Source of the DNA: Octopus sinensis
Lineage: Eukaryota
Length of the DNA: 64,000 nucleotides
Direction of reading: 5' to 3'
NCBI RefSeq assembly: GCF_006345805.1
Contig: NC_043001.1
Span: forward strand, 88,350,001 to 88,414,000
This document shows positions 26,936-38,946 of this stretch, piece after piece (position 1 is the first letter of the stretch; every line of letters starts with the position of its first letter). The notes under the pieces are model-generated. The model did no database searches, was not told where the DNA came from, and saw only the letters and a list, made by a program, of their open reading frames with translations. A program made the position numbers and the translations under genes.

Positions 26936-27260
26936 TCATCATCATTATCATCCGCTTTCCATGCCAGCATGGGTCGGACGATTTGACTGAGGACTAGTGA
27001 ACCAGATGGCTTCACCAGGCTCCAATCTTGATCTGGCAGAGCTTCTACAGCTGGATGCCCTTCCTAATGCCAACTACTCCAAGAGTGTAGTGGGTGCTCT
27101 TATGTGCCACCGGCATGGGGGCCAGTCAGGCGGTACTGGCAACGACCTCGCTTGAATGTTTTTTCATGTGCCACTGGCACAAGTGTGAGTAAGGTGACAC
27201 TGGTAACAATCATGCTCAGATGGTGCTCTTAGCTCCCTACTAGCACGGGGCACAAGTGCC
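26936..27260 (-). mobile_element. SINE-like repeat sharing the RTE 3' UTR and (GAT)n tail
   Basis: tttccatgccagcatggg..ctacagctggatgcccttcctaatgccaac motif; further copies near 8320-8590, 11420-11690, 35910-36030, 36160-36492, 48274-48400, 51690-51842 and 58510-58780. Confidence 0.78.
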
Positions 27261-27439
27261 CCCCCCACACATACATACATACACACACACATACACACAC
27301 ACACACGTATATGTTTTTTTGTGTGTGAGGGTTTGAATTTGTAAATGAGAAAAAGACACCTTAAGTCAAAGAAGTACATTTTGTTTTTTGTATTGAGATC
27401 TTTTGTGTGCAATATTGTTTTCAAGATGTTTTGCATAGT

Positions 27440-27955
27440 GTGATAGTGATGGTGGCTTTGATTAGCATCTTATTTAATTTATGCCACTACCTACTGTGAA
27501 TATTCTCTGACACCCTGTATCTGCCAGCCGGTAAGGCAGTCACTGTTTCAGACATTCAGTCCTCTAGACTGAAGGTTTGCAACAGCTTCAAAACCATCTT
27601 TCATATCATCGTTTGCTCTCTGATCCCACTTCTAGCTACCAACAACATGTGTCCTTCACCATCTGTTAACTCACATTTTTATGCCTTCTACTCCCTACCA
27701 TTAAACTCATAACCTGCATACTTCACATCTCAATCATTTACTTCATCCACAAAATCTACAAATTCAACAGCCAAGGACATCCCACTGTCTGTGTCTGCAA
27801 CTTCTCCACTTAGCTTAGTTCCTTCTATATAATCACCCAATTCACACCTTGTCATTGTACTTCCTTTCTGCAATATGGACCATACCTGCCAACCTTTCAA
27901 CAGATTTCCTTACTGCTGGCCTGTGTCACTTCTTCATCACCTTGGACATCACCCT
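27440..27955 (-). mobile_element. Probable old RTE-like LINE remnant
   Basis: Decayed coding-like sequence including a SICRK-type Cys motif; no intact frame. Confidence 0.35.
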
Positions 27956-27957
27956 GC

Positions 27958-28012
<55 letters not shown>

Positions 28013-28249
28013 CGAAATGCGGAGAGGATGAAACAGAGACAACTGAAGAAGGGGAATATTCTTTATGTTGTCTCGCTTGTCTGTTTTTTTTTTTGTTGTT
28101 CGAAAATAGTTCGTTTCTATGTTTTTTTTATGTTTTCGTTTTTCATTGTGTTCAACGTTTTTTGATGTCCTGTACCCATATACATATATATGTAAGTATG
28201 TACATATATGTATGTATATGTGCATATATTTATATATTATTTATATTAT

Positions 28250-28292
<43 letters not shown>

Positions 28293-28388
28293 CTAGGAAA
28301 TGGATGCATTAGGTTCAGTTAAATAATATGTAATATATATATATATACACACACACACCTGCATATATGAGGACAGGATGTCACCAAT

Positions 28389-28603
28389 GGTGCAAATAAC
28401 ATGAAATACATGAACAAATGAGGGAAAAAAGAGCAAAATATGTAAACAAGAAAAAATGGAAAACAGTTGTTGGCTGTCTATCTACTCCTCGCTTGAAATG
28501 AGTAGATAGACAGCCGACAACTGATGAAGGGTCCTTTCTTTGTGTTTACTTGACCTGTTTTCCATTTTTCCTTGTTGTTTACATACTTCATGTTATTTGT
28601 ACC
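28389..28603. repeat. Fold-back element with a 24-bp inner hairpin
   Basis: 28464-28487 pairs with 28500-28523 (one G-U); outer arms ggtgcaaataacatgaa / ttcatgttatttgtacc and aaaaatggaaaacag / ctgttttccattttt. Confidence 0.85.
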
Positions 28604-28929
28604 ATGCAGATACATACCCTCCCTAATTCAAACTGCCCTTTCCTATGCTCAAGAAGTCAACCTAATCCATGCTCTCACACTCTGCCACTATCCTCAAGCC
28701 ACTACTATCTCTTTTTCATACTGGACACCTTTTGCCCTCAATGAATCATCTTTTGTCTCCTCCAACACCTCCAGTCAGAACTTGTCATGTTTTTGTTATC
28801 TCCCAGCCATAGCTTCTCTCCACCTCCCCATTCCCCCTTCATAATCCTTTCTGCTCTCATTCCTGCTTCCACAGTTGTGCTATCCTTTCCAATGCTACCA
28901 CTGTCACTAGGTTTAACCCCCCCCCTCTA

Positions 28930-29235
28930 TATTTGGGACTACTGCTGCAACTCCTCTAACCTTATCTACATGTTCTAGCATTACTTCCATGATTCAATTT
29001 ATGCTGGGGAAACAGGCTGCTGTCTATCTCAGGTTTTGTAGAATACTTTAGAGAAATTTGGGTTAGCAACAGGCCACTTATCATCAGCATTTCTGCTTCA
29101 TCAAGCATTCCATCCAATGCTTCTTGCTATTCAGCTTGGACTTGAACATCAGTTCTTTTTACACCCTTCTTCCAGATAGGACAAAAGCTTATCTTCTTTC
29201 TACTAACTTTCACTCTCTATGGTTTAAACTCCTGA
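28930..29235 (+). mobile_element. Highly decayed Penelope-like GIY-YIG fragment of a different family
   Basis: CNSSNLIY ... IYAGETG ... QHF...HS ... LIF.L.T...GLN remnants with stops and frameshifts. Confidence 0.55.
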
Positions 29236-31145
29236 CCTCAATCTATGTAATCCACACTTTCATATTAGTATGCCCATACCTGACTGCACATATCCAAATC
29301 CTCTCCACACATATACACAATTCCCTTCCCCATATATACCCTCTTGACCATTCTCACTGCACACCTCTTCCACAAACACACTAACCCTCTTGCATGCAGA
29401 AATACATTCTCACTTATGTGCCTCCACATTCTATTCGGCCTGCTCTAAAAAGTACACATTACTCTTCAATCTCTTTCTCCAGTTTTCTTCCCCTCCCCCT
29501 TCCACACAAAGTCATACACTTCATATGTACATGCTCACACACACACAGCAAGGTAGAACAATACAGTGTATATTGTTCTACCTGATTACATCACTGTACC
29601 CCCCACTTGACATACCTATACATGTATACATACCAACAGCCACCTTCAAACTTTATGATACATATGACACTCCCTTCTTCCTTAGCATCTCACCTTCCAT
29701 AAACATCCTTCACATTCACACTCACATCACCTACACACACAGTTCACTTTGTCCGTTTCTGTCCCCTTTCATGGGTGTACACATGCACTCTTTTTCTTTT
29801 TAACTAACATGTATTTGAATCACATGCACATATACCAAAAATGCAGTTTACCTGGTACACTATCCTATCTAATTACATCACCACATATGCAACATCCTTG
29901 ATGTATATGTTTACAAACTTACTTACACACCAACACACAAACATCCATCCTCAAACTATTTGCTCTAAAACAATGTGCATTTAGTTCCTTTCTTCTTTTT
30001 CTGTTTGCCAATCACTAACTACAAACTTACTGCTATAAAGTTACATTGACACATTTGCATCATTTACACAAACACATCTTCAGCCTCTTCTCCATCTATT
30101 TCCAACCCTTTGTACTGAACCTCTCCTCTTTAGCTTCATCCTCAGTTTTACAGTCTCTTTCTAATACTCTATAACCACACACAAGTTCAGACTTCATGTT
30201 CTTGGATTTAACTTTTCCCCACTTAGCATGCCTTTCCTGGTACCCACCTGAATTTCATATACACATAAAATGTCTTTTTCACAACACACACACACACACT
30301 CACTCTGTCTCTCTCTCACACACACATTTGATTTACACATTACACAAAGCACAACACTATGCATACCAATGTTATTCCTTGATCTAAATGTGAAATTGCT
30401 TTACACACTTGTTCCAACAAAATGCAGCTTTTTTGTTGCACATGCATATTCTTTAATTGACCCTATTTCATTCACTTAGATACTGACATAACACTACAAT
30501 ATGCATACAGGGGTGCACTTGGGCTGTAATTTCACTTAAACATGTCTATGATTTGTGCATATACAAAAATATAAAAAAATTAATATAAATTAATGCTATC
30601 AAATTTACTCAAGTACACAAAACACAATACAAACTTGCACTCACTCAAGCAGATACACACTCATTTCTTCATGTTACTCATTTAAACATATATTTGTATT
30701 TTCATATACACATACTTGTGTCTGTACACACACTCACTTGCAAATAAATGGTATTGACATTGCACTTAGATTCAGATGTACAGCACCCGACATATATGTT
30801 CACACATATGCACATACACACAAGTTCACACAGTCTCATACGCATGCATTCACACAACACATGGAAACAGGCACACATACATACAGACCTCAACATTCAC
30901 CCTTATTCACACACACTCATTTCACCTAATTTGTACTAACACACAAGTACTTATACTCTTGTGCACACTTTCCTTTCTGACTTATAGCCTTTCACCCCAC
31001 ATCTTTTTTTCCCCACAATTTTTGTTATAATTTTGCACATACACTATCTTCTTTGCCCTCCCCATGCTTCTCCTTCATCTCCTTTTCATTCAGAAGAAGC
31101 ACTAACTTCTAAAAACACCAAAGTCACTCTTTTCTTGCAAGTGTG

Positions 31146-31378
31146 AAACTAATATCTATTTCTTTACTACCCACAAGTTGCTAAACACAGAGGAGACAAA
31201 CAAGGACAGACAAAGGGATTAAGTCGATTACATCGACCCCAGTGCGTAACTGGTACTTAATTTATCGACCCCAAAAGGATGAAAGGCAAAGTCGACGTCG
31301 GCGGAATTTGAACTCAGAACGTAACGGCACGCTACGCATTTCGCCCTGTGTGCTAACGTTTCTGCCAGCTCGCCGCCC
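31146..31378 (-). mobile_element. tRNA-derived SINE, well-preserved copy
   Basis: Minus strand ggcggcgagctggcagaaacgttagc (A-box-like), gagttcaaattc (B-box), then gcctttcatccttttggggtcgataaattaagtacc. Confidence 0.8.
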
Positions 31379-31753
31379 AATATCTTCCTCCTATTGTGTT
31401 TTTCTATGTTGTTTTGTAACTGATTTCACCATTTTGTTTCTACTCTGTATTTATCATCATTATCGTTTAGCATCCGTTTTCCATGCTAGCATGGGTTGGA
31501 CTATATATATTTATTTTTCATCCATTTTTCCATGTTAGCATGGATTGTATGAAAACACACTACTGACATGTAGTTTTACAGCTAGAGGTCCTCCCTGTTG
31601 CTAACTCTTACCTTTTTTTACATGTCAGGATTAATTTATTGCACTCATCTAAAGCACGTTTTTATTTTGACTGAGAATATCAGCTAACATCACCAATATT
31701 TAGCTTAAGGGATTTGCAGGAGAACAGAATCTAAACACAAGCATATATATGTA

Positions 31754-31814
<61 letters not shown>

Positions 31815-31823
31815 ATTTATATA

Positions 31824-31998
31824 TATAATACAAATAAGAAAATGGAGAAACAAATTTAGTTTGTTCATCAACTTTCGGATATTAGAATGTTGGCTTGAGT
31901 TTCTCATTTTGCTAGATGAATAAATAATCCAACATTCTAATATCTGAAAGTTGATGAACAAACTAAATTTGTTTCTCCATTTTCTTATTTGTATTATA
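31824..31998. repeat. Fold-back palindrome, 70-bp arms, 35-nt spacer
   Basis: 31824-31893 vs 31929-31998 with a single G-U position. Confidence 0.93.
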
Positions 31999-32168
31999 AA
32001 TTTACAGTAAAAATATTTCTTTACCTTCACCCGTTTAATACAATAAATGAGTTAATTGCATTGCAATTAAAAACCTTTATGTATTAAGAATCTGGGTACT
32101 TTACCAACAGTATATTGGATAAATACTATCCCACAGTGGGTTACACCCATAACCCCTATCTTACTTTG

Positions 32169-32199
<31 letters not shown>

Positions 32200-33357
32200 A
32201 ACCATAAATTTATGTGTGTGTGTGTGTACACACCCATACATTAATATACACACTTGACACAATAACAGTTTAAAATACCACCCTGTACAGCATTTATAAC
32301 ATGTGAAGTTTGCTTTCAAACAATATTGTTTTGAGTATAGTTCCCTTCTGTGGCACCCTGGCATGTGTTTTATAACCCTAGGCTGATTAGGACTTGTAAG
32401 TGGATTTGGTTTAAGGGAACTGAAAGAAGCCCTCTCTGTGTGTGCGTGTCAGCTTTTCTTGACACAACTTGATAATTGTAAGTGGGTGTATCTGTCATAC
32501 ACAAGGTATCATTCATTTCTAGTATTGTTGAAATGTTGATTATGGGGGAAATATCACCTTGATTAAAAACAAGTGGCAACAAGAAAGGAATCCAGCCATA
32601 GAAATCTGTCTCAGTAAACTCTATGCAACCCATGTAAGTATGGAAAACAATGATGATGATGCAAATGTGGAATGACACTTGCTGTAACATTTTGCCGCAG
32701 AGAAACACAGGGCATTAACTTAGAACACTGGTGAATTGCCAGACATGGTGGTTTGACCTGATTTTGTTTCCTCAGTGACAACTACCTTAGACGTTCTAAG
32801 CCAAGCCCAAAATGCTTGTTCTGATAAAGAAATTGGTAAACAAAAGTTTTACTGATACATGCAAAAGCTAGACAGGCTTGAATTAAATTAATATACACAC
32901 TTGAAACAGCATTACATTAGAATACTGGTGAACATGAAATATATATGAATGATATGATGATGACTGAAGCGAGTGGAGTGATGGATGGGGGGAGATATGG
33001 GCACAGGTAAAGCAATGACGATGGACCAAAGCTTAGTGAAGGATGGGTAGTGGTAGAATGATGGCTGGGTATGTAGGACAGCCATTCATAATTTGTGAGC
33101 TTTGTAGGCCATGGGGAGATGAGAGATAAAGGGGTATAAGTGATAAGGGATAAGATGATAGAGTTAAATGGGGTGATTAGTGAAATATATGTAGATATAC
33201 TATATATATGTATTATACATGTATAAGTACAATCATTTCTACTGAAAAGGGCATATATAATATTTGAATAAATAATGAAATAATCCCATGTCATGCCTTT
33301 ACCCCTTTTGCTTTATCCCTGATTACTCCTAATTGGTATTTTCTCTGTCTTTTCTAG

Positions 33358-33452
33358 GGGAGCTTTCTCAATTGTACGGAGATGTGTTCAGAAGTCTACA
33401 GGACTGGAATTTGCAGCTAAAATTATTAACACGAAGAAACTCTCCGCCAGAG
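33358..33452 (+). CDS. CaMKII: Internal coding exon of calcium/calmodulin-dependent protein kinase II (end of Gly-rich loop through the AAK catalytic lysine)
   Basis: Polypyrimidine tract + ttctag acceptor; G GGA GCT TTC TCA ATT GTA CGG AGA TGT ... AAA CTC TCC GCC AGA G; donor gtaggt. Translation (K)[31 protein letters not shown](D) is the hallmark CaMKII sequence. The 95-nt length and phase 2/phase 1 boundaries match the conserved second coding exon of CAMK2 genes. Not in the ORF track. Confidence 0.96.
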
Positions 33453-33503
33453 GTAGGTGTCTGACTTTTAAAACTAACTACACCAGTTTGTATTATATAT
33501 ATA

Positions 33504-34750
33504 TTGGGTCATTCCATAAATAATGCGGTTTTTTCAATTGCATAGAATAAAAGTGGGAGGGGGACAGGATTTACTACCTGCTTCAACTTGCTATAAAAGC
33601 AGGTAGTAACTTTACTTTGTACTTATTCTTAGTGTGAGTTTTAACAGTTAAATTTTCAAAGCTATAATGAAAGTGAGAAAGGAGCATATTTGGCTTTATG
33701 AGTTCAATAAAGACAACAACGCAACAAAAAAGTGCGAGGAATATTAATCCAGTGTATGGGAATTGGACAATATGCGTAAGCCAGTGTCAACAGTGTTTCC
33801 AGAAATTCTGAGCCAGAAACTACAGCCTAGAAGACAAGCCTTGTCTTGGAAGATCTGTAGAGCTCAATGAGGTTGTCCTGCAAACCTGATGGAACAAAAT
33901 CCCATTGTAACTGTTGAGGAACTAACAGAGAAGCTTGGATTTGGTCATTGAACCATTCATCACCGCAAAACCTGTGTGTCATCGGAAAAGTCAGCAAATT
34001 GGATCAACGGGTTCTTCACAAACTTTCCAAGTCTAATGGCATGTAAAGAGAGAATGGGTGCTCTTTGCTGTCACGTCTCACGAATGAACCTTTTTTGGAC
34101 CAAATAGTGACTGGTGACAATAAATGGGTTCTCTATAAAAATATCAAGCACCAAAGACAGTGGGTAAGGAAAATAGAAACATCGGCACCCCAGGCTGAAG
34201 AAGGTCTTCACCTACATAAGGTATTGTTATCTGTTTGGTGGGAAATTAAAGGTTTAGTCCACTTTGAACTTTTAAGCTCAAACCTGACAGTAACAAAGGA
34301 GACTACTGCGAGCAGCCTGAGCAAGTGCTAGAAGAGAATTGACCATCTTTGGTTTCAAGATGAAAGGTGTTCTTTGGTCAGGATAATGCTTGGTCACATA
34401 CAGTGAGGGTGACATTCCAAAGGTTGGAGCAGTTTGAATGGGAAATGATTCCCCACCCACCTTATTTGCTTGACATTTCCCCATCTAATTATCATTTATT
34501 CTGCAGTCTTCAAATCATTTGGATGGAAAAATTATGAATTCTGTAGATGCGGTTAGAACAATGCTAGAGGAGTATTTTTTATCATGGACAAGTGAATTTT
34601 GGAAGAGGGGCCTTCCAAGTCTATCAAATGGATGGAAGAGCACTGAAGAAAATGAAGGAGTGTATGTATTAGATTAAAAAAGAACTTTATTTTGATTTTG
34701 AAAAATAAAAGAAGTATGAAAAAAACCCACATTATTTATGGGATGACCAA

Positions 34751-34751
<1 letters not shown>
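33504..34751 (+). mobile_element. Full-length decayed mariner (Tc1/mariner) transposon, ~1.25 kb
   Basis: TIRs ttgggtcattccataaataatgcggtttttt / aaaaaacccacattatttatgggatgaccaaa, with TA on both sides. Transposase remnants FLDQIVTGDNKWVLY, LHLHKVLLSVWWEIKGLVHFELL and a decayed PYSPDLAP-like motif near 34450-34500. Confidence 0.92.
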
Positions 34752-34784
<33 letters not shown>

Positions 34785-35006
34785 ATGCATGCATGCAAAC
34801 GTACATACATTCACAAGGTGTCCATGAATTATCTTTACAACTAGATGTGTTGTGTGCAACCATGAGTTGTACAGTTTAACTGAATATATATATATATACG
34901 TATATATGGGTACAGAATGTCACAAAACGTAAACAACTTGAAATATGAACTATGGTATATATATATATATATATACATACACACCCACACACATACATAT
35001 GTACAT

Positions 35007-35822
35007 ATTCTTTTATTCTTTTACTTGTTTCAGTCATTTGACTGTGGTCATGCTGGAGCAAATCGACTCCAGGACTTATTCTTTTGTAAGCCTAGTACTT
35101 ATTCTATTGGTCTCTTTTGCCGAACCACAAAGTTACGTGGACGTAAACACATCAGCATCGGTTGTCAAGCGATGTTGGGGGGGACAAACACAGACATACA
35201 AACATATACACACACATACATATACACATATATATGACCGGCTTCTTTCAGTTTCCGTCTACCAAATCCACACACAAGACTTTGGTTAGCCCATGGCTAT
35301 AGCGGAAGACACTTGCCCAAGGTGTCACACAGTGGGACCGAACCCGTAACCATGTGGTTGGTAAGCAAGCTACTTACCACACAACCACATACTCTTTTAT
35401 TGTTTTACTGATTTCAGTCATTTGTCTCTGGCCATGCTGGAGCACTGCCTTTAGTTGAACAAATTGACCCAAGGATTTATACTATGTAAGCCTAGTACTT
35501 ATTCTATCGCTCTATTTTGCTGAACAGCTAAGTTATGGTGAAATAAACACATCAACATTGGTTGTCAAGCGATGTTAGGGGGGCAAACACAGACACACAA
35601 ATACATATATATATATATATATACATACATACACACGCACACACACACACACACACACACATATTTATTTATACACACACACACACGATGGGTTTATTTC
35701 AGTTTCTGTGTATGAAATCCACTCATATGGCTTTCATTAGCCTGAGGCTATAGTAGAAGACTCTTACCCAAGGTGCCGCACAGTGGGACTGAACAAGGAA
35801 CCATATGGTACCACACAGCCAC
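35007..35822 (-). mobile_element. Two tandem copies of a second tRNA-derived SINE with internal (TG/TA)n
   Basis: Copies at about 35007-35387 and 35391-35822 share the head gttcggtcccactg..caccttgggcaagtgtctt and tail ctccagcatggcc..aatgactgaaacaagtaaaaga; a head-only copy lies at 23812-23970 (+). Confidence 0.78.
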
Positions 35823-36107
35823 TCACTCACACACACATGTATGCATGACAACTGTCTGACAAATTGAGAACATGAAACAGTTTTGTGTGTGTGTGTGTGT
35901 GTGTTTATATATCATCATCATTATTTAACATCTGTTTTTCCATGCTGGCATAAGTTGTACAGTTTAACTGAAAACTGATAAGCTGGGGAGCAGCACCAGG
36001 TTTCAGTCTGATTTGGCATGGTTTCTACAGCAGGATACACATGTATATATATAGAGATACACACACAAATATATATGTACACACACATGTATATATATAT
36101 ATATATA

Positions 36108-38209
36108 CTAGCTGAAGGTGACCCGCTCTACGCGCGGGTAAGAGTGTGGTTGTTACTTTCTGTTGCTTCCTTTCAGCACGTAAAAAGCACCATCCGAACG
36201 TGGCGGATTGCAGCGCTGCCTTGACTGGCTTCTGTGCTGGTGGCACGTAAAAAGCACCAACCGATCGTGGCCGCTGCCAGCCCCCCTGGCACCTGTGCAG
36301 GCGGCACGAAAAAAGCACCCACTACGCTCACAGAGTGGTTGGCGTTAGGAAGGGCATCCACCTGTCGAAACACTGCCAGATCAGACTGGAGCCTGGTGCA
36401 GCCTCCTGGCTTCCCAGACCCCTGTCAAACTGTCCAACCCGTGCTAGCACGGAAAACGGACATTAACGATGATGATGATGATGATGATGATGATTCTCCC
36501 TCTTTGTTTCTTTCTCCTTTCTCTCTCACTTTCCCACTCTCTTACTCTTCCTTCTCTCGGACTCTCCCTCGCTTTCTCTTACTCTCTATCTTTATGTATC
36601 TCTCTCCCATTTATAACAACAAAAGATCTTGAGTAAGTTGAGAAATAAAATATTTAGAAAGATCAATCATAAATATCAGGCAGTTACAAAGGAAAGGTCT
36701 GCTTGAAGACAGACAGCAAAACACTAACATTTAAAAGGGACAGACGAACTTGCGAGCTGAATAAAAATAATAAAATATTGGAAACCAAAGTTTGAAGGGA
36801 TAGAATTTGAGGATAGTAGAGTCACCATGGCTGGCATTTCTTAACGACGGACAGCAACGTATTGACAGTTCAACGGCTGGCGTAAAAGTTTGAACTTGAT
36901 GTAAAAGAAAATCCCTAAAAACCAAGTTTTGACTTGATTCTTTCTCACGACAGTAGACTCACGATGGCAAGCATTCAAAACTTCTTCATCATGGACGGCA
37001 ACACATTGACGATTAAAAGGCTGGAGCAAATTTTTTAGCTTGATGTAACAGAGAATTGCTAAACACCCGCTCCTTTAAATTTTAATCCCCTTCCAGCCCC
37101 ATTTATACCCCTTTTCACCTTTTGGTTAATATAACCCGATTTAATTTGGGTCTACTGGGGCCACATTTTATAAGATGAGGACACAACCAAGTTTCCCAAT
37201 TTCTGGTCATAGACCATAGAACACTCAACCAAGTTTCCCGATTTCTGGTCATAGACCATAGAACAGTCAAGCAAGTTTCCCGAGTTCTGGTCATAGACCA
37301 TAGAACACTCAACCAAGTTTCCCGAGTTCTGGTCATAGACCATAGAACACTAAACTAAGTTTCCCGAGTTCTGGTCATTTGCAGAATAAATAGAGACGGC
37401 GGAGGTGGCAGACGTCGTTGCAATGTAAACATGATTTGTTATAAGAGAAAGATTGCCCAGATTGTGTGTTGGTGGTGTTGGTGGTGGCGATGATAATTAT
37501 CATTAGGAAAAAGAGTGAGTGAGTGAGGAAGACATACATAAGTTGTGGCGATGATAATTGTAGACCCCTTTTCACATTTTGATGAAGAGAACCCGATTTC
37601 ATTCGGGTGTACTGGGGCTACATATAGGTGTGTGTGTGTGTGTGTGTGTGTGCACGCTGTAGAAATTAAATTAGAGATAAAACCACTAATAGGGAAATGA
37701 AACAGTAAAAAACCAAAAACAAAAACATAAAAATAAAAATATAATATTAGATATATGAATATATGTGTGTGTGTGTGTGTGTGTGTTGACAGGTAGACAA
37801 TAGAATGCGATGGCGATGGGGATGGCGAGTAATATTTGTTACTGTCCATGAACGCTGAGAGATACATGAGTAAAATGTATAGGAAGGTAAGAGATAGAGT
37901 GAGTGAAAATGTTCTTGGAAGAGAGTAAATCGCGACAGAATGATTTGAGGAAGACTTTACATTAAATAACGGTAGTTGCATTGTCAAATGAAGAGGAGTG
38001 ACAGAGTACTGGAGGAAATAGGGTGAGGTAGGAAGATGGCCCCTAGCAACCACACCTTTTAAGATAGGGATTTGTAAGGTAGTCCACGCGCATCGTCACC
38101 TCATTCTACATGTCCATGTAAATTTTGGAGCGAATCGGACGGGATGTAGTGGCATTGAAAGCGAACCAAGCGGTAAAAACGCAATTCAGTTTTATATATA
38201 GAGAAGAGA
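36108..38209 (-). mobile_element. Non-autonomous Helitron (~2.1 kb) with a nested SINE-like insert and internal tandem repeats
   Basis: Minus strand reads A|TCtcttctctatatataaaa ... acccgcgcgtagagcgggt hairpin ... CTAG|T: canonical TC/CTAG termini, subterminal hairpin and A/T insertion site. Confidence 0.8.
37184..37378. repeat. 42-bp minisatellite (~4.6 units) inside the Helitron
   Basis: Unit aagtttcccgagttctggtcatagaccatagaacactcaacc; gives the 14-aa periodicity of ORFs 37115..37336 and 37152..37343. Confidence 0.93.
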
Positions 38210-38214
38210 TATAT

Positions 38215-38312
38215 ATTTATTTTATAGAAGGAGCTTCTACAGGACTAGAACTGTTTCATTCAAAAGAAATCATCAGTTCTAGTCCTGTAGAAGCTCCTTC
38301 TATAAAATAAAT
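38215..38312. repeat. Perfect 39-bp-arm palindrome, 20-nt loop
   Basis: atttattttatagaaggagcttctacaggactagaactg / cagttctagtcctgtagaagctccttctataaaataaat. Confidence 0.95.
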
Positions 38313-38377
38313 TAATTTACTCTGCTATGTATTGAGTACCTTATTTACTGTGGTTAACCCCGACTCAACCCGGGACC

Positions 38378-38425
<48 letters not shown>

Positions 38426-38429
<4 letters not shown>

Positions 38430-38628
38430 GGCATGCTGAAAAGTTCCTAGCTTTGGGTGAAAGAAAATACAGGAGGGTCAGTTAATCATATTCCCCTCTC
38501 AGATTCATACACTTGTTGCGGCTGTCCTTCAGTTTTTCTAACCCCTGTAAAAGAACTTGAAAGGTTGCACCTCCAACCTGGCCTTTTATGATACCCTGAA
38601 AGTCAGGAACTTTTCAGCACCCCCCTTG
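38426..38628. mobile_element. Mariner-type MITE (~200 bp)
   Basis: TIRs tgagggcatgctgaaaagttcct / aggaacttttcagcaccccccttg flanked by TA on each side; no coding capacity. Confidence 0.8.
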
Positions 38629-38871
38629 TAATGAGTGCACGAAAGCGCACATATTACCTTTAAAGTGTTTTACCTCAACATTGTCACACTATAGAACTGT
38701 AAGGCAAATATGAATTAAGTCAAATATTTCATTACCCTCTATTATGTACTGCTTGATAAGTACACATCTCTTTATAACTTATATGTTTGATCATATTCAT
38801 AAAAGGACACATGTATTCATATATATACATCTGTCTGTCTATAAGTATCTTTATTGTGCATGTGTGTGTAT

Positions 38872-38902
<31 letters not shown>

Positions 38903-38911
38903 ATATATATA

Positions 38912-38944
<33 letters not shown>

Positions 38945-38946
<2 letters not shown>

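Noticed and set aside
31290-31378. tRNA gene
   Set aside because: A/B-box-like head without a full cloverleaf, continuing into a SINE body that is repeated elsewhere in the window.
32758-32840. SDNY and KEIGK fragments resembling the first CaMKII coding exon
   Set aside because: The fragments are not contiguous (about 50 nt apart with a stop in the SDNY frame) and no GT donor follows the GK codons.
37115-37378. Repeat-protein ORFs or CRISPR-like array
   Set aside because: 42-bp minisatellite without spacers inside a Helitron.
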